DNA from: Eledone cirrhosa | Lineage: Eukaryota | NCBI GenBank assembly: GCA_964016885.1 | Contig: OZ024745.1 | Span: 107,384,001-107,448,000 of the forward strand | Direction of reading: 5' to 3' | DNA length: 64,000 bases | In this document: one piece after another, positions 43,371-55,947 of the stretch | How positions within the stretch are numbered: position 1 is the stretch's first letter | How the letters are laid out: every line of letters begins with the position of its first letter | Made by a program: the position numbers and the translations under genes | The notes under the pieces: model-generated | Databases searched by the model: none | The model's input: only the letters and a program-made list of their open reading frames with translations | What the model was told of the DNA's origin: nothing

Positions 43371-45212
43371 TGTTTCTTTTATTTGCCACCAGGGCATCAA
43401 AAGTGGGACAAGTACAATGGGGGGAGTTTACAAAACAAGGCGTCCTCAATAAGGAGGAGGCAATAACAATATATAAAAATAAAATAAAATATAACAAAAA
43501 ATAAAATTTATAACAAAGTCCTCAATAGAGAGGAGGCGCCTTGGGGGGTCACACACACCCCCGAAAAAAGTGTGCAACCCTTCTCCTCTGAAGCACAGAG
43601 AAGGGGTGCTCCCTTGGTCTTTCATCTTCCTCACCTATAGTCTGATGTAGAGTGAAGGCCCATTCACACGGGCCATTCTCGCCACTTTCACCCATCTTTC
43701 ATAGAAACGGCTGAGGTGCAGCACCTCTCTCTCCATCCTGATCCTTCTTCCGAAATGATATCGGAAGAAACGGACCAGTTGTTGGCCAGAGAGAAAGGTG
43801 TCTGATCTCAGTTCTTTCAGACGCGTCCACCATACAACCTCTTTCGCCATGGCTATTACGCACAGAAACACCGCCTCTCCTTCGTTTTTGAAGAGGGGAG
43901 GCGGCTTGATCGTTACAATAGACTCGGTGGTCAACCGGATCGGTCCCACCCTTGACAGCAGTTGTTCGACATAGCCCCACAGATCGGCAATGCCCGAGCA
44001 GTGTACCAGTGCGTGTGCAACGGTTTCCTCGTCGCACACGCATCTGGGACAGATCTTTTTCGTGGGTCCCTACCCGGGCGCCCGTGTCTGTAGAGCCTTT
44101 CTCGAACGGGTAGAGCCCTTCTGTAGCATTGCCAGGCCAGGGACCTCTGGAAGTTATCCATGGGTCCCGGGCTGAATGTCCTACCGAACAGGTTGGCCAG
44201 TCTTCCTCCATGCCTAGGGCTTCTCCGAGGGCGTCGTCGCACCTGCTAACCACCAGCCCTCTATAGAATGACGAGGTGGATTCTCCACTGACAGCCCGGT
44301 CCGCCTGCCAGAGAGCCGTGAGCGCCTGGGCACACTCGGTGTGCCAGGCGCCCAGTTTTCTCGGTCTTTGCTTGACCCAGGATTGCAGCTCGGTGAGTGA
44401 GACGAGTCTGGGAAAGGCTCTCCTCACAAACGGGGCCCACACCGGTTGACCGGAGAGGAATACCTGAAGGTGCCGTAGCCTTAATGCGTGTTTACGTATC
44501 ATTAGCCACGGTATCCCCAGCCCTCCTTTCGAAGGGTGTTGACAGCAGATGGATCTCCTCACCATAGGAGCCCGCTTCTTCCAAAGGAATTGGAAGAGTG
44601 CGCGCTCCATTTTGGCGAGCGCTTCCCATGGGCAAGGCACAACGGTCAGGCGGTAGTAGATGACGGACGCTATATAAGTGTTCGCCACCTCCGCCCGACC
44701 TTTCAGGGACAGTTTGCACTCGGCCCACTTCTGGGTCAGTGCAAACACCCTGTTCGTCACCTCACCCCAGTCTTCTCCACCTGGAGGTCTGGTCCGAACC
44801 AGACCCCGAGCAACTTCACCGGGCCCTCCGTCCAGCGCCCGACGACGCCATCGGAGGGCATCGATCTGCCCCTCCACGTGCCGAGTTGCAGACCGATCGA
44901 CTTGTCCCGGTTCAGCTTAGCCCCTGTAAACCTTTCGTACTCCCCCAGTAAGGTGCTGATCGCCCCGATTTCCGAGGCCGTCGACACCATTACTGTTACG
45001 TCATCGGCGTAGGCTGACACCGTTTTCCGCAATCCCGGTTCCAACGGGATGCCCTGCAACAACTCCAACTTCCGCAGCAGTGGCTCTAGAGTCATTACAT
45101 ACAGAAGGGAGGGGAGAGGGCACCCCTGTCGGATGGACCGCGCGATTTCGAACGGCTCCGAGAGGGAGCCGTTCACCTTGACCCTAGAGCAGATGTGGCT
45201 GCTGTGCATGGC
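43371..45212 (-). mobile_element. 5'-truncated Tx1/L1-clade LINE (RT C-half plus zinc knuckle) within (GATA)n
   Basis: SIRQGCPLPSLLYVMTLEPLLRKL, AYADDVTV, GAKLNRDKS, KGGLGIP and EETVAHALVHC motifs across frameshifts. 3' end aataaaagaaaca-(TATC)n. Confidence 0.93.
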
Positions 45213-45246
<34 letters not shown>

Positions 45247-45303
45247 GTAGATAGATAGATAGACAGATAGATTGGTAGTTAGATAGACAGATAGATTGGT
45301 AGT

Positions 45304-45376
<73 letters not shown>

Positions 45377-45397
45377 TGAAAGATAGATAGATAGATA

Positions 45398-45534
45398 TGT
45401 TTCTTTTATTTGCCACCAGGGCATCAAAAGTGGGACAAGTACAATGGGGCGAGTTTACAAAACAAGGCGTCCTCAATAAGGAGGAGGTAATAACAATATA
45501 TAAAAATAAAATAAAATATAACAAAAAATAAAAT
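45398..45534 (-). mobile_element. Second, extremely truncated copy of the same Tx1 3' end
   Basis: Near-identical to 43371-43507; GATA repeats on both sides. Confidence 0.9.
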
Positions 45535-45574
45535 TAGATTGATAGATAGATAGATAGATAGACAGATAGATATG

Positions 45575-45622
<48 letters not shown>

Positions 45623-45623
45623 C

Positions 45624-45706
<83 letters not shown>

Positions 45707-46135
45707 CGTAGAATGAAGAGAATATAGAAAGAATTAGATATTTGAGGAACGTAAAGTGACCTTCCGATAAGGGAGATTGTGTCTTGCTAAGTCGATTTGT
45801 CAGTTGTCATGAGAAAATGAATTCATCTCTGTCTGGTCGTTTCATCCCGGGTCAGTTTTCACTGACACTTTAGCCAGCCACTTACTCCTGTGTAACATCT
45901 AGAGTATCTATCAGAAACAACAACAATCACTCCATCACCGCAACCACTACCATAAGAGCAGCAACAACGCCCATAACAGCAGCAGTGTTAAGCAAAGGAA
46001 CATTGGCAGCAAATATAGCAATAAACAGCAACAAAATCAAATGGAGCAATATAATATCATACTACAATAACATAACCTATCACATCACAGCAACAACCAC
46101 TAATCCGACAACAACACTAATAAGAACTACTACTA

Positions 46136-46176
<41 letters not shown>

Positions 46177-46191
46177 AATGCTACCATCACG

Positions 46192-46270
<79 letters not shown>

Positions 46271-46572
46271 ACACTACTACTACTACTATCACTGATGTTA
46301 CTACTACTCAAACAGAAACAATATCAATTCATTGATATATGGAATAAAGTTACCTTTCCTCAGCCTCTGTATTTTATCATACTGCATTATTATATAGAAT
46401 ATTTTTTTAGAAAACACCCTTGAGAGGACAAACAAAGGTCCCAGAATAGAAAAAAATCGACACGAAATTCAATTTCCATTCTGAATTGTTTTGGTTCTCT
46501 GATTTTTAATATTTATATTTACTATTATATATTAATATAAAAACGTGGAAGAAATTATCTCACGAAATTCTA

Positions 46573-46787
46573 CAGGGTCGGCCAGAATTCATGACTCGCT
46601 TGTTAGTTATATTTCTTAACATGCTTATTTTATTGTTATTGTATTATTTTAATTTATTACTTTATTTCTTATCTTGTTCATGATCTTATGCCTGCATATG
46701 GTATTATATTCCTTAACTTGTTTTATAACATTTTGTGTTAATAGATCTATATATAATCAAGTGAGTCCTGAATTCTGGCCCACCATG
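46573..46787. mobile_element. 215-bp Tc1/mariner-type MITE
   Basis: TA|cagggtcggccagaattcatgactcgcttg ... caagtgagtcctgaattctggcccaccatg|TA. Confidence 0.85.
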
Positions 46788-46920
46788 TAGTTGAATTTGT
46801 CAGGAAACTACACTCATATTATATATGGAGATTTTAAAATACAGTTTGCGGTTTTTGTCGTTTTTCAATAATTTACTTTAATAATAATTAATATTTTTTC
46901 TGCCACGGACACAACACTAG

Positions 46921-48118
46921 ATGAGCGTGGTGTGCGTGTTATTAACTTGGCAAAGGAGTACGATCGTAGTACTTCTACAATATGTACTATTTTGAAACAA
47001 AAGGATTCAATAAAGGCCAGCCAAGGGTGTTAAGATAATTTCTAAGCTCCGGACTTCTGTCCATGAAGAGATGGAAAAGTTGCTGTTGGGGTGGTTGACC
47101 GAGAAGCAGCTCGCTGGAGATACCGAAACCGAGACCATCATCTGTGAGAAGGCACGAGTTATTTATGGAGATTTGGTGCGGCAGACGGCGGGATCATCCT
47201 CGGACGAGGCATCGGAAGAGTCATTCAAATCCAGTCGGGGATGGTTTGATAATTTTAAAAAGAGGACTGGCATTCAATCCGTCGTCAGGTATGGTGAGGC
47301 TGCAAGCTCAGATTTTAAGGCAGCAGAAGAATTTGCTTCATTTTTTGGTGAACTGGTAGAAGCCGAAGGATACGTCCTCCAGAAAGTCTTTAACTGTGAC
47401 AAGACAGGGCTATTTTGGAAAAGAGATGCCAAGGAGAACGTACATAACAGCAGCGGAGAAGAGCTTGCCAGGCCACAAACCTATGAAGGATAGGTTGACC
47501 CTTGCACTGTGTGCACATGCGAGTGGCGATTTAAAGATTAAACCGCTGCTCGTATATCGCTCGCAAAACCCCAGCGCCTTTAAGAGTCATAATATTCTTA
47601 AAGAAAAACTGCAGGTTATGTGGAGGGCAAACCCAAAGGCATGGGTCACCAGGGAGTTTTTTGTGCAGTGAGTAAACCTGGTTTTTGGTCCTGCAGTCAA
47701 GAAGTATCTTTTAGATAATAACCTGCCCCTGAAAGCCCTACTCGTCCATGCCAATGCTCCCACACATCCACCAAATCTCGAGGATGACATCTTAGAAGAA
47801 TTCAAATGTATTAAGGTCTTGTACCTTCCAACCAACACCACCCCTATCCTTCAGCCCATGGACCAGCAGGGGATTTCGAATTTTAAAAAGCTCTTCACCA
47901 AGCATCTCTTCCGGCGCTGCTTTGAGGTTACGAAAAACACAAACCTCACCCTTCGAGAGTTCTGGAAAGAACATTACAATATCGTAGTCTGCCTCAAAAT
48001 TATAGACATGGCCTGGCAGGGTGTTACAAGGAGGACCTTAAACTCTGCATGGAAGAAGCTGTGGCCCGAGGTTGTGTCCGAAAGGGACTTCGAAGGATTC
48101 GAACCCGAACCCGAACCG
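46921..48118 (+). mobile_element. Tigger/pogo transposase pseudogene (CENP-B HTH plus DDE_1)
   Basis: EMEKLLLGWL, FKSSRGWFDNFKKR, FNCDKTGLFWK, KDRLTL, YLPTNTTPILQPMDQQGI motifs; frameshifted and truncated at both ends. Confidence 0.93.
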
Positions 48119-48119
48119 C

Positions 48120-49197
48120 TTGTATTGGATTCCGCTGTAGTTAATTATAGGTTTATATTATATCCAGATTATTAGGCATAGATTACTTTCTATAGCAATC
48201 AAATATTTAAGTTAATTACAAATTTATATGCTTAAATTAATTTAATTTAATTTAGCTCATTCTAGATGATGATAATCTTTTATTATAAGGTAAGATATTC
48301 TATTAATATTATACTACAACTTTAAAACAATTTATCTTTAATGCCTAATTAAATAACTATTAAATATGTATTAAAATATATTAAAATGCATATATCCCAT
48401 CAATATATATAATAAATTTTATTCATTTATTATCTAAATTAATTTAAAATTTAAAATTCACTTTTTGTGAAACTTCGTTATTTTTTAATTTTCATTTATT
48501 TTTTAGAATCTAACTGTGGTTATATTTACTCTCCATAAATTTTTTTCATTTAATGAATGGTTATATTTACTTCTATATTTAATTAGTCTGCTATATATAG
48601 TTTACTTTTAATGATAACTCTTTTACAATGTAAAAGCATTTTTTAACTTTGAGGGAATTACTTCTCTCACGTCCAGCGATATTTTAAGAACCTTAAACTA
48701 TTTTGTCTAGCATTTGACTACAACGGGTTTTTTTATTTTCCTCTCTATTTTATACTTTTCTTTTTCTCTTTTTCTTCGTTTTTCTTCATTTCCCTTCTTT
48801 TTTTCTCTCCGCATCTTCCCTATTCTTCTGTTTTTTTATTCCCCTTCTTCTCTCTCTCTGCATCTTCTTTTATTTATTTATTTATTTATTTCCCTTCTTT
48901 TTCTTCGCATCTTCCATCTCAACGCCCCTTCTATATTTCTACCTTGCTTTACGTCCTCTTCTTCTCTAAGTTTATCATATTATTTGTGGTATAAAAACGT
49001 TGAGGGTTGGTGAAATAAATCACTGCCACTATCGGAATTGAATAATCAAAACCGTAGGGGTATGTCGCATATCCAATCTCTCATATATTTTATCTGATGA
49101 AAACGTACTTAAACACCATTGTACCTTTGAAATATGTATAATAAAATATATATTTTGGTTATGAGAATATTTTCATTTATTAATATTTATTAATATA
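48120..49197 (+). mobile_element. PLE family A 3' region (degenerate GIY-YIG end, AT-rich UTR, pyrimidine tract, ribozyme)
   Basis: VNYRFILYPDY/RHR remnant at the start; ends with the family A hammerhead and ttattaatat boundary. Confidence 0.65.
49086..49148 (+). ncRNA. Type I minimal hammerhead ribozyme
   Basis: tattttat-CTGATGA-aaa c gtac...gtac c ttt-GAAA-tatgta-TA-ataaaata. Confidence 0.85.
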
Positions 49198-49267
49198 CCC
49201 GCCGAAATGCGATTCTCGCTGAATTTATATTTTGAATAATAAATATATATATATATATATATATATA

Positions 49268-49517
<250 letters not shown>

Positions 49518-49815
49518 TTTGTTTTTGATATACGATTAAACTTACAAACTTCCTTTAGGAACGCCGAAGAGAGAGAGAAGAGAGTGAGAGGGAGGGTGGT
49601 GTGAGAGAGAGAACGTTTGTTTTTGAGTGTGAAACGGTCAAACATTTATTTACTTCAATGACAAAGAGAACTTATTACATTTCATACGAAACAATAATTA
49701 TTCAAAAGCAACAGATAAATTTATTCAACTACAAAAAAATAGCGATAAATCTTTTTTAAAACCTCTCAACTAACGTGGAAGAAAGAAGTATCAGTTTATT
49801 TACTATACACAATAA

Positions 49816-50270
49816 TATCCTCTATGAGGGCACTAAACCTGCTGGAAATAGCAGCTAACTCTCCCCCATATCAAACGCCTCCCTACTGTCTTAAATTTAG
49901 AAAACATATCCTCTATGAGGTCACTAAACCTGCTAGAAACACCAGCTAACTCTCCCCCATATCACACCCTTCCCTACTGTCTTAAATTTAGAAAACATAT
50001 CCTCTATGAGGTCACTAAACCTGCTAGAAACAGCAGTTAACTCTCCCCCATATCACACCCCTCCCCACTGTCTTAAATTTAGAAAACATCCTCTATTAGG
50101 TCACTAAACCTGCTAGAAACAGCAGTTAACTCTCCCCCATATCACACCACTCCCTACTGTCTTAAATTTAGAAAACACATATCCTCTATGAGGTCACTAA
50201 ACATGCTAGAAACAGCAGCTAACTCTCCCCATATCATACCCCTCCCTACTGTCTTAAATTTAGAAAACAC
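49816..50270. repeat. Five tandem copies of a ~91-bp unit derived from a dispersed repeat
   Basis: Unit tatcctctatgaggtcactaaacctgctagaaacagcagttaactctcccccatatcacaccctccctactgtcttaaatttagaaaaca; reverse-complement relatives near 2060-2100, 5500-5540 and 29960-30010. Confidence 0.9.
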
Positions 50271-51137
50271 ACATTAGACAACCATGCAGAACAACTCCAT
50301 CGCAGGTCTGTTGTTCGGCTGGCATCGTCTACGCGTGTGTTGCGCAAGTACTGTGAAACAATAAATTTCAACACTTCTTTGAGCAGAGATAATATCCATA
50401 GGCGAAACTATTATTGTCACTGCTGGCGCAGCTCCTGCTTCGGCAGTCCAGGTCTGCAATTCATTCACCCAGTGCCTGGCAGACAAAAAAGTGCTGCCAT
50501 AAAATGGGTGGTGCAACCTAACTTTGGTAACTTTTAATGCTAGTATATATATATATGCATACACACAAGTACATGTATAATACATACATATATATATATA
50601 TATGCTTTTTTTGTGCATATATAATTCAGTTCCACGATTTTCTAATTCATCTTTATTTTCGAATAATACTAATCCTATTACGTTTCTTTACAAATTTATA
50701 TGTCTCTATTAACCTCTTTTTTTCTATACAACTATTTTCCATTCTCGTCCTTTCCTTGTCTTTCGCCCCCCCCTCCCCCCTCTCTCTCTCTCTCTCTCAA
50801 ACACAGTCTTCAGAAGCTCTGACCTCTGATATATCAAATTCATTTAAAAACTATACTTTGCCGTTCTTTTCCTGCACGCTATTCCTTCGTTCTTATATGA
50901 ACTAACTCCTTTCATTTTTCTTTCTCATTTCATATATATAACTCTTTCGGATATTCTTCCCTAATACATATTATATTGCATTGCTTCCTATTCTCTCTCA
51001 CTACCTCTCTCTTTCTCTCTCGCTCTCGCTCTCGCTCTCTCTATCTCTCTCTCTCTCTCTCCGTCTTCATATATATGTGTATGTGTGTGCGTATGTATAT
51101 ATGTATGTATATATGTATATGCATGTATATATGCATA

Positions 51138-51214
<77 letters not shown>

Positions 51215-51697
51215 ATGTGTGTGTGTGCGCGCGCTCGCGCGCGTTATATACGTATTTGTGAGTATATATTTATATACGTTTATATAATTATATGTATACG
51301 CGCACACACATGTATATATATTTTTTAATATATATTGTATGTGTATTAAGTGTATACATTCGTGTGTGTGCGGGTACAGGTGTTGCGTGGGTTTGTGTAA
51401 GTGTGCGCGTGTTTTTGTTTACGTGCTTGTATTTGCATACCCACGTCGGGTGTTTTCGCGTATGCATGAGTATGTACGTATATGGATGGCGTGCATGTAT
51501 ATATTTAATTATTGTTGATTACAATAACTTCTGTAATTTATTTACATTATTCTTATCTCTGAAGTCGATAATCATTCAGTTTCCTAAATAGAATTTTAAT
51601 CTACGACTTCAGTTATACCATAAACGTGGTTTGTCTTTGCGTGTAATTGTTTTCACCGCTCAAAATAATGACGTATTATCTTCGTTTTTTACATCCT

Positions 51698-51997
<300 letters not shown>

Positions 51998-52049
51998 AAC
52001 ATTTATACTCTGTGTGTGTATATATGTATATATATAAATCTACACTCGA

Positions 52050-52242
52050 TTGACTTTCCTCACTGTTTCCATTGGTCTTTCCATTTGCTAATACTATCTA
52101 TCCGTCGCAACTCCAGGTATAAGGAGCAACGTGAAATAAAGTGTCTTCCCAAGGACATAACACATCACCCGTTCCGGAAATCGAACTAAATATCTCTTGA
52201 TTGAGAATTCAATTCTCTAACCAATCCGACACGCGCCTTCAC
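52050..52242 (-). mobile_element. V-domain tRNA SINE
   Basis: Matches 8650-8858. Confidence 0.8.
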
Positions 52243-52308
52243 CACACACACACACACACGCGCACGTATGTGTGTGAGTGTGTTTGTGTATGTATATGTA
52301 ATTAATGC

Positions 52309-52362
<54 letters not shown>

Positions 52363-52371
52363 ATATAGATT

Positions 52372-52404
<33 letters not shown>

Positions 52405-52763
52405 ATATAGTTTTATATATATATATATAGTTTTATATATATATATATATTTAAAATTAAGAGAACCAAGATTATTAAATTAAATCGATTAAATTAAATA
52501 GATTTAATTTGATAACCTTAATTTTGAATATTTATGCTCTGCCCCCCTCACTGTCCTCAATAGAAGAACCCTAACGGAAGGACATTTCGATTGTTTTCAT
52601 TTCCTTGTGCGCTGAATACTTTAAGCGAGCATTGAACTTTCCTACCTAACAAAATATAATAGTCGAATATACCAGTATAATCGCCTGAATATACATATAT
52701 ATATATATATGTTTAGAGAGAGAGAAAGCGTTGCATACATATATACAGAGATATGCCTAGGTT

Positions 52764-52794
<31 letters not shown>

Positions 52795-53285
52795 GTGTAT
52801 AGATGTATATATATATATGAGTGTGTGAGTGTGTGTGTGTATGTGTGTTTGTGTGTGTATGTGTGTTTGTGTTTGTGTGTGGGTTTAGGCCTGCGTGTGC
52901 GTGTGTGTAAAATATGTGCTGCCAAGTTTCAAAGTTTGCTGTCACAGAACAGGGTTATTTTCGAGTGTCTCATTCCATAAATGTCAGACCAATTACTACA
53001 AGATACCCAAGAAGACCATTCGACCAAGAATTGTTTCCACTAGTTGCCCAAAATGTCGACATGCAAATTAGGGACAGGAGCTGCATGCAAACTCATATAA
53101 CAGTGCAGGGAACCTTTAAATCCAAGCGTTTTACTGAAAGAAAACCTAATGAATAAACGGATACATTATACTACGTGGTCATAAAACGTGCATTGAGTTG
53201 AGGAACGAATGTTATTACGATTACACCTTTATGGGACTTTGAACGTATGGATGGATGTGTGTGTGTGTATATATATAGATATAGA

Positions 53286-53354
<69 letters not shown>

Positions 53355-53398
53355 AAGTTAAATAAAAGTCAAATGATTAAAATTTAGCTTCGTTTATC

Positions 53399-53453
53399 AC
53401 TGCTATATATATTTCAGTGACAGCCATCTTTGGCTGTGACCTCTTCATGCAGT
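53399..53453 (-). ncRNA. Hammerhead ribozyme (C3A mutant) in a TA-embedded element spanning 53350-53568
   Basis: rc: actgc-ATGAAGA-ggt c acagcca aaga tggctgt c act-GAAA-tatata-TA-gcagt. Confidence 0.7.
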
Positions 53454-53691
53454 TTGAATTAGTGTGGTATAGACAAGTACATATGTTGTTTAGGTGTATA
53501 ATATTGTCAATACTCTGATATGCCCAGTTCCTTGTTGGGTTGTTAATTCACTGAGGATCTGGAGTCATATATATATATATATATATGTGTGGGGGCGGTG
53601 CTTACCTCTCTCTCACTCTCACCCCACTCTCTCTCTCTCACCCCACTCTCTCTCTCTCACACACACACACACACATACACACACACACACA

Positions 53692-53731
<40 letters not shown>

Positions 53732-54920
53732 CGATATATATATATAAGTTATTCCTGGTTCAATCGGGGGTAACCACAGTGTGTGTGTGTGTGTGTGTGT
53801 GTGGGTGCTTACTTCTCTCTCTCACTCTCACCCCACTCTCTCTCACTCTCTCACACACACACACTCTCTCTCTCTCTCTTGCTCGATATATATATATATA
53901 TAAGTTATTACTGGTTCAATCGGAGGTAACCACAGTAAGTAAGGTACTCAATACATAGCAGAGTATAAATGTTTAATATAGAGGTAATATAAACTTTTCT
54001 GGACGATATAGCCGTGGATTTCTCACGAATGAAACAGTTCAAGTCCTGTAGAAGCTTTTCTATTATAGGTATTATATATATATTTATATTTTGAGTACAT
54101 GATTTGCCATTTCACACTTTTGTTTGTCGAAAGATCAGGTAAGTGGTCAAAGAAGTGTACCAGTATAGTGTTATCATATTCAATTTTTTTTCGTTTTTGG
54201 CATATTCGTTTTTATATTTTCGCTTGATTTTCAAATTCAATTTTATTTTCACGCAAACTGACTTTTGTAAATTCGCCTTACTATATGCAGACATATCGCC
54301 CAGAAAAGTTTATATTACATCACCAGATCTTTTTGTAATGCAGTCACGCCTGGCCTGTGGCCTCATCTATGTGTCCCAGCAGACGAAAAAAAAAGTCAGT
54401 CGATGGATTCGTAATGAAACAGGCACTACACTTGGCTAACCTTCAAAATTAGTGAAAGATGGCCAGACAATGATCTAAATAGAAAACGAGCAAATCAAAT
54501 AGATAAATAATAAACAATGAGCTAAATAGACAGACGGACAAATTAAATAGAGAAATAGATAGACGCATAGTTAAAACCAGATAAATTGATACATATTTGA
54601 ATAAAAACAGCCATGCAGTTATATAAATAAGTATTAATAGATAGATTAAGATACATATATAAAGACAGGAAACATAACGCCCAGAATTCCTTTTCTCTGA
54701 CACTTTGCTTTACTATATATATAGAAATGCGCAACCAGTAACAACTTAAAAACTTAAAACCACAACTGAATACTAACCCATACAATCACTAATACTCTTT
54801 TATTCCTAATTAAAACATTTTTCAACTGTGAACAATTTGTCAGCATTTTCTATTCCGTTTACCAATATATAACAACTTGTGTGTTACACCTCTATTCTTT
54901 TAACTATATATATATATATA

Positions 54921-55342
54921 CTGATCTCACTCGATATGCAAATTAGGCTGCTCAGCCGTTAATATGCATAAGGAAAGTATATACTTTCAGACGTTCAACC
55001 ATCTGGCAGGAAGGTATACGATGCTGATGATAGCTAATAAGCTTGAAACTAGTACATCGTTCCTGTGTCAGTGTTGAACAAAACGGTGACGTGGTTGCCG
55101 AAACACTGCACGGCGTCATTCGGGCTGTTTGTTTGTTTGCAAACAAACAAACCGAGCATTATAATAAATGTTCGGTAAACTGATACGTGCATATATATAT
55201 GTGTGCATGTATGTATATATATACATACTACTGTACGTCTGTATACATATATGTATGTACGTATACATACAGACATACATACTTACATTTAAGTAAGTGC
55301 CGTACTAAGAGTGAGAAATGAAATTTCGTTTCATTCTATTCC

Positions 55343-55346
<4 letters not shown>
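54921..55346 (+). mobile_element. Family H element (~425 bp) between (TA)n arrays
   Basis: Colinear with the reverse complement of 39628-40032. Confidence 0.85.
55007..55065 (+). ncRNA. Type I hammerhead ribozyme (family H)
   Basis: cagga..acgatg-CTGATGA-t agct aata agct t-GAAA-ctag-TA-catcgt-tcctg. Confidence 0.85.
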
Positions 55347-55412
<66 letters not shown>

Positions 55413-55556
55413 GTTAAAAATTGTGTGTGTATTCATATGCATACTAGTATTTCAGTATACATATGTGGATGTACATTTTTAACTTAATTGTTTAAGCGTC
55501 AGTCATACAAAAGTGAGTTACAAACGAAACGAAATTTAATTTCGTTTCGTTATTTG

Positions 55557-55631
<75 letters not shown>

Positions 55632-55635
<4 letters not shown>

Positions 55636-55827
55636 CGAAGGAAGTGTGGTAAGGAACCAGATCAACCATAACGAACCAGAGTACTCAATACTTAGGGTAT
55701 TAGAGTGGATAATAGGAAACATTTTAACCCCGACGGCAGAGCTCAAGCTGTTGCAAAGGGGATATTTCTAGATTGAAATAGCCGTCGAAACGGCTTGAGC
55801 TCTGCCGTTGGGGTTAAACTTTTCCTA
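55632..55827 (-). mobile_element. Family B fold-back
   Basis: Same tail and arm layout as 19477. Confidence 0.8.
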
Positions 55828-55947
55828 TATAACTTTATCACAGAGTTCTTAGAGAACCGATGATAACATTAATGTACTTGTTCGTTAGGTTAGGCTGTTG
55901 TAATCAAGAGACGACTGATGATTTAGAGGAATACGAAATGAGCGTAT

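Noticed and set aside
48135-48700. Very AT-rich stretch resembling mitochondrial rRNA (NUMT)
   Set aside because: Conserved rRNA/tRNA motifs were not found in the correct order. It lies between a GIY-YIG remnant and the family A hammerhead, so it is better explained as PLE 3' UTR.
49816-50270. CRISPR-like array
   Set aside because: Whole units repeat with no unique spacers; eukaryotic context and no cas genes.
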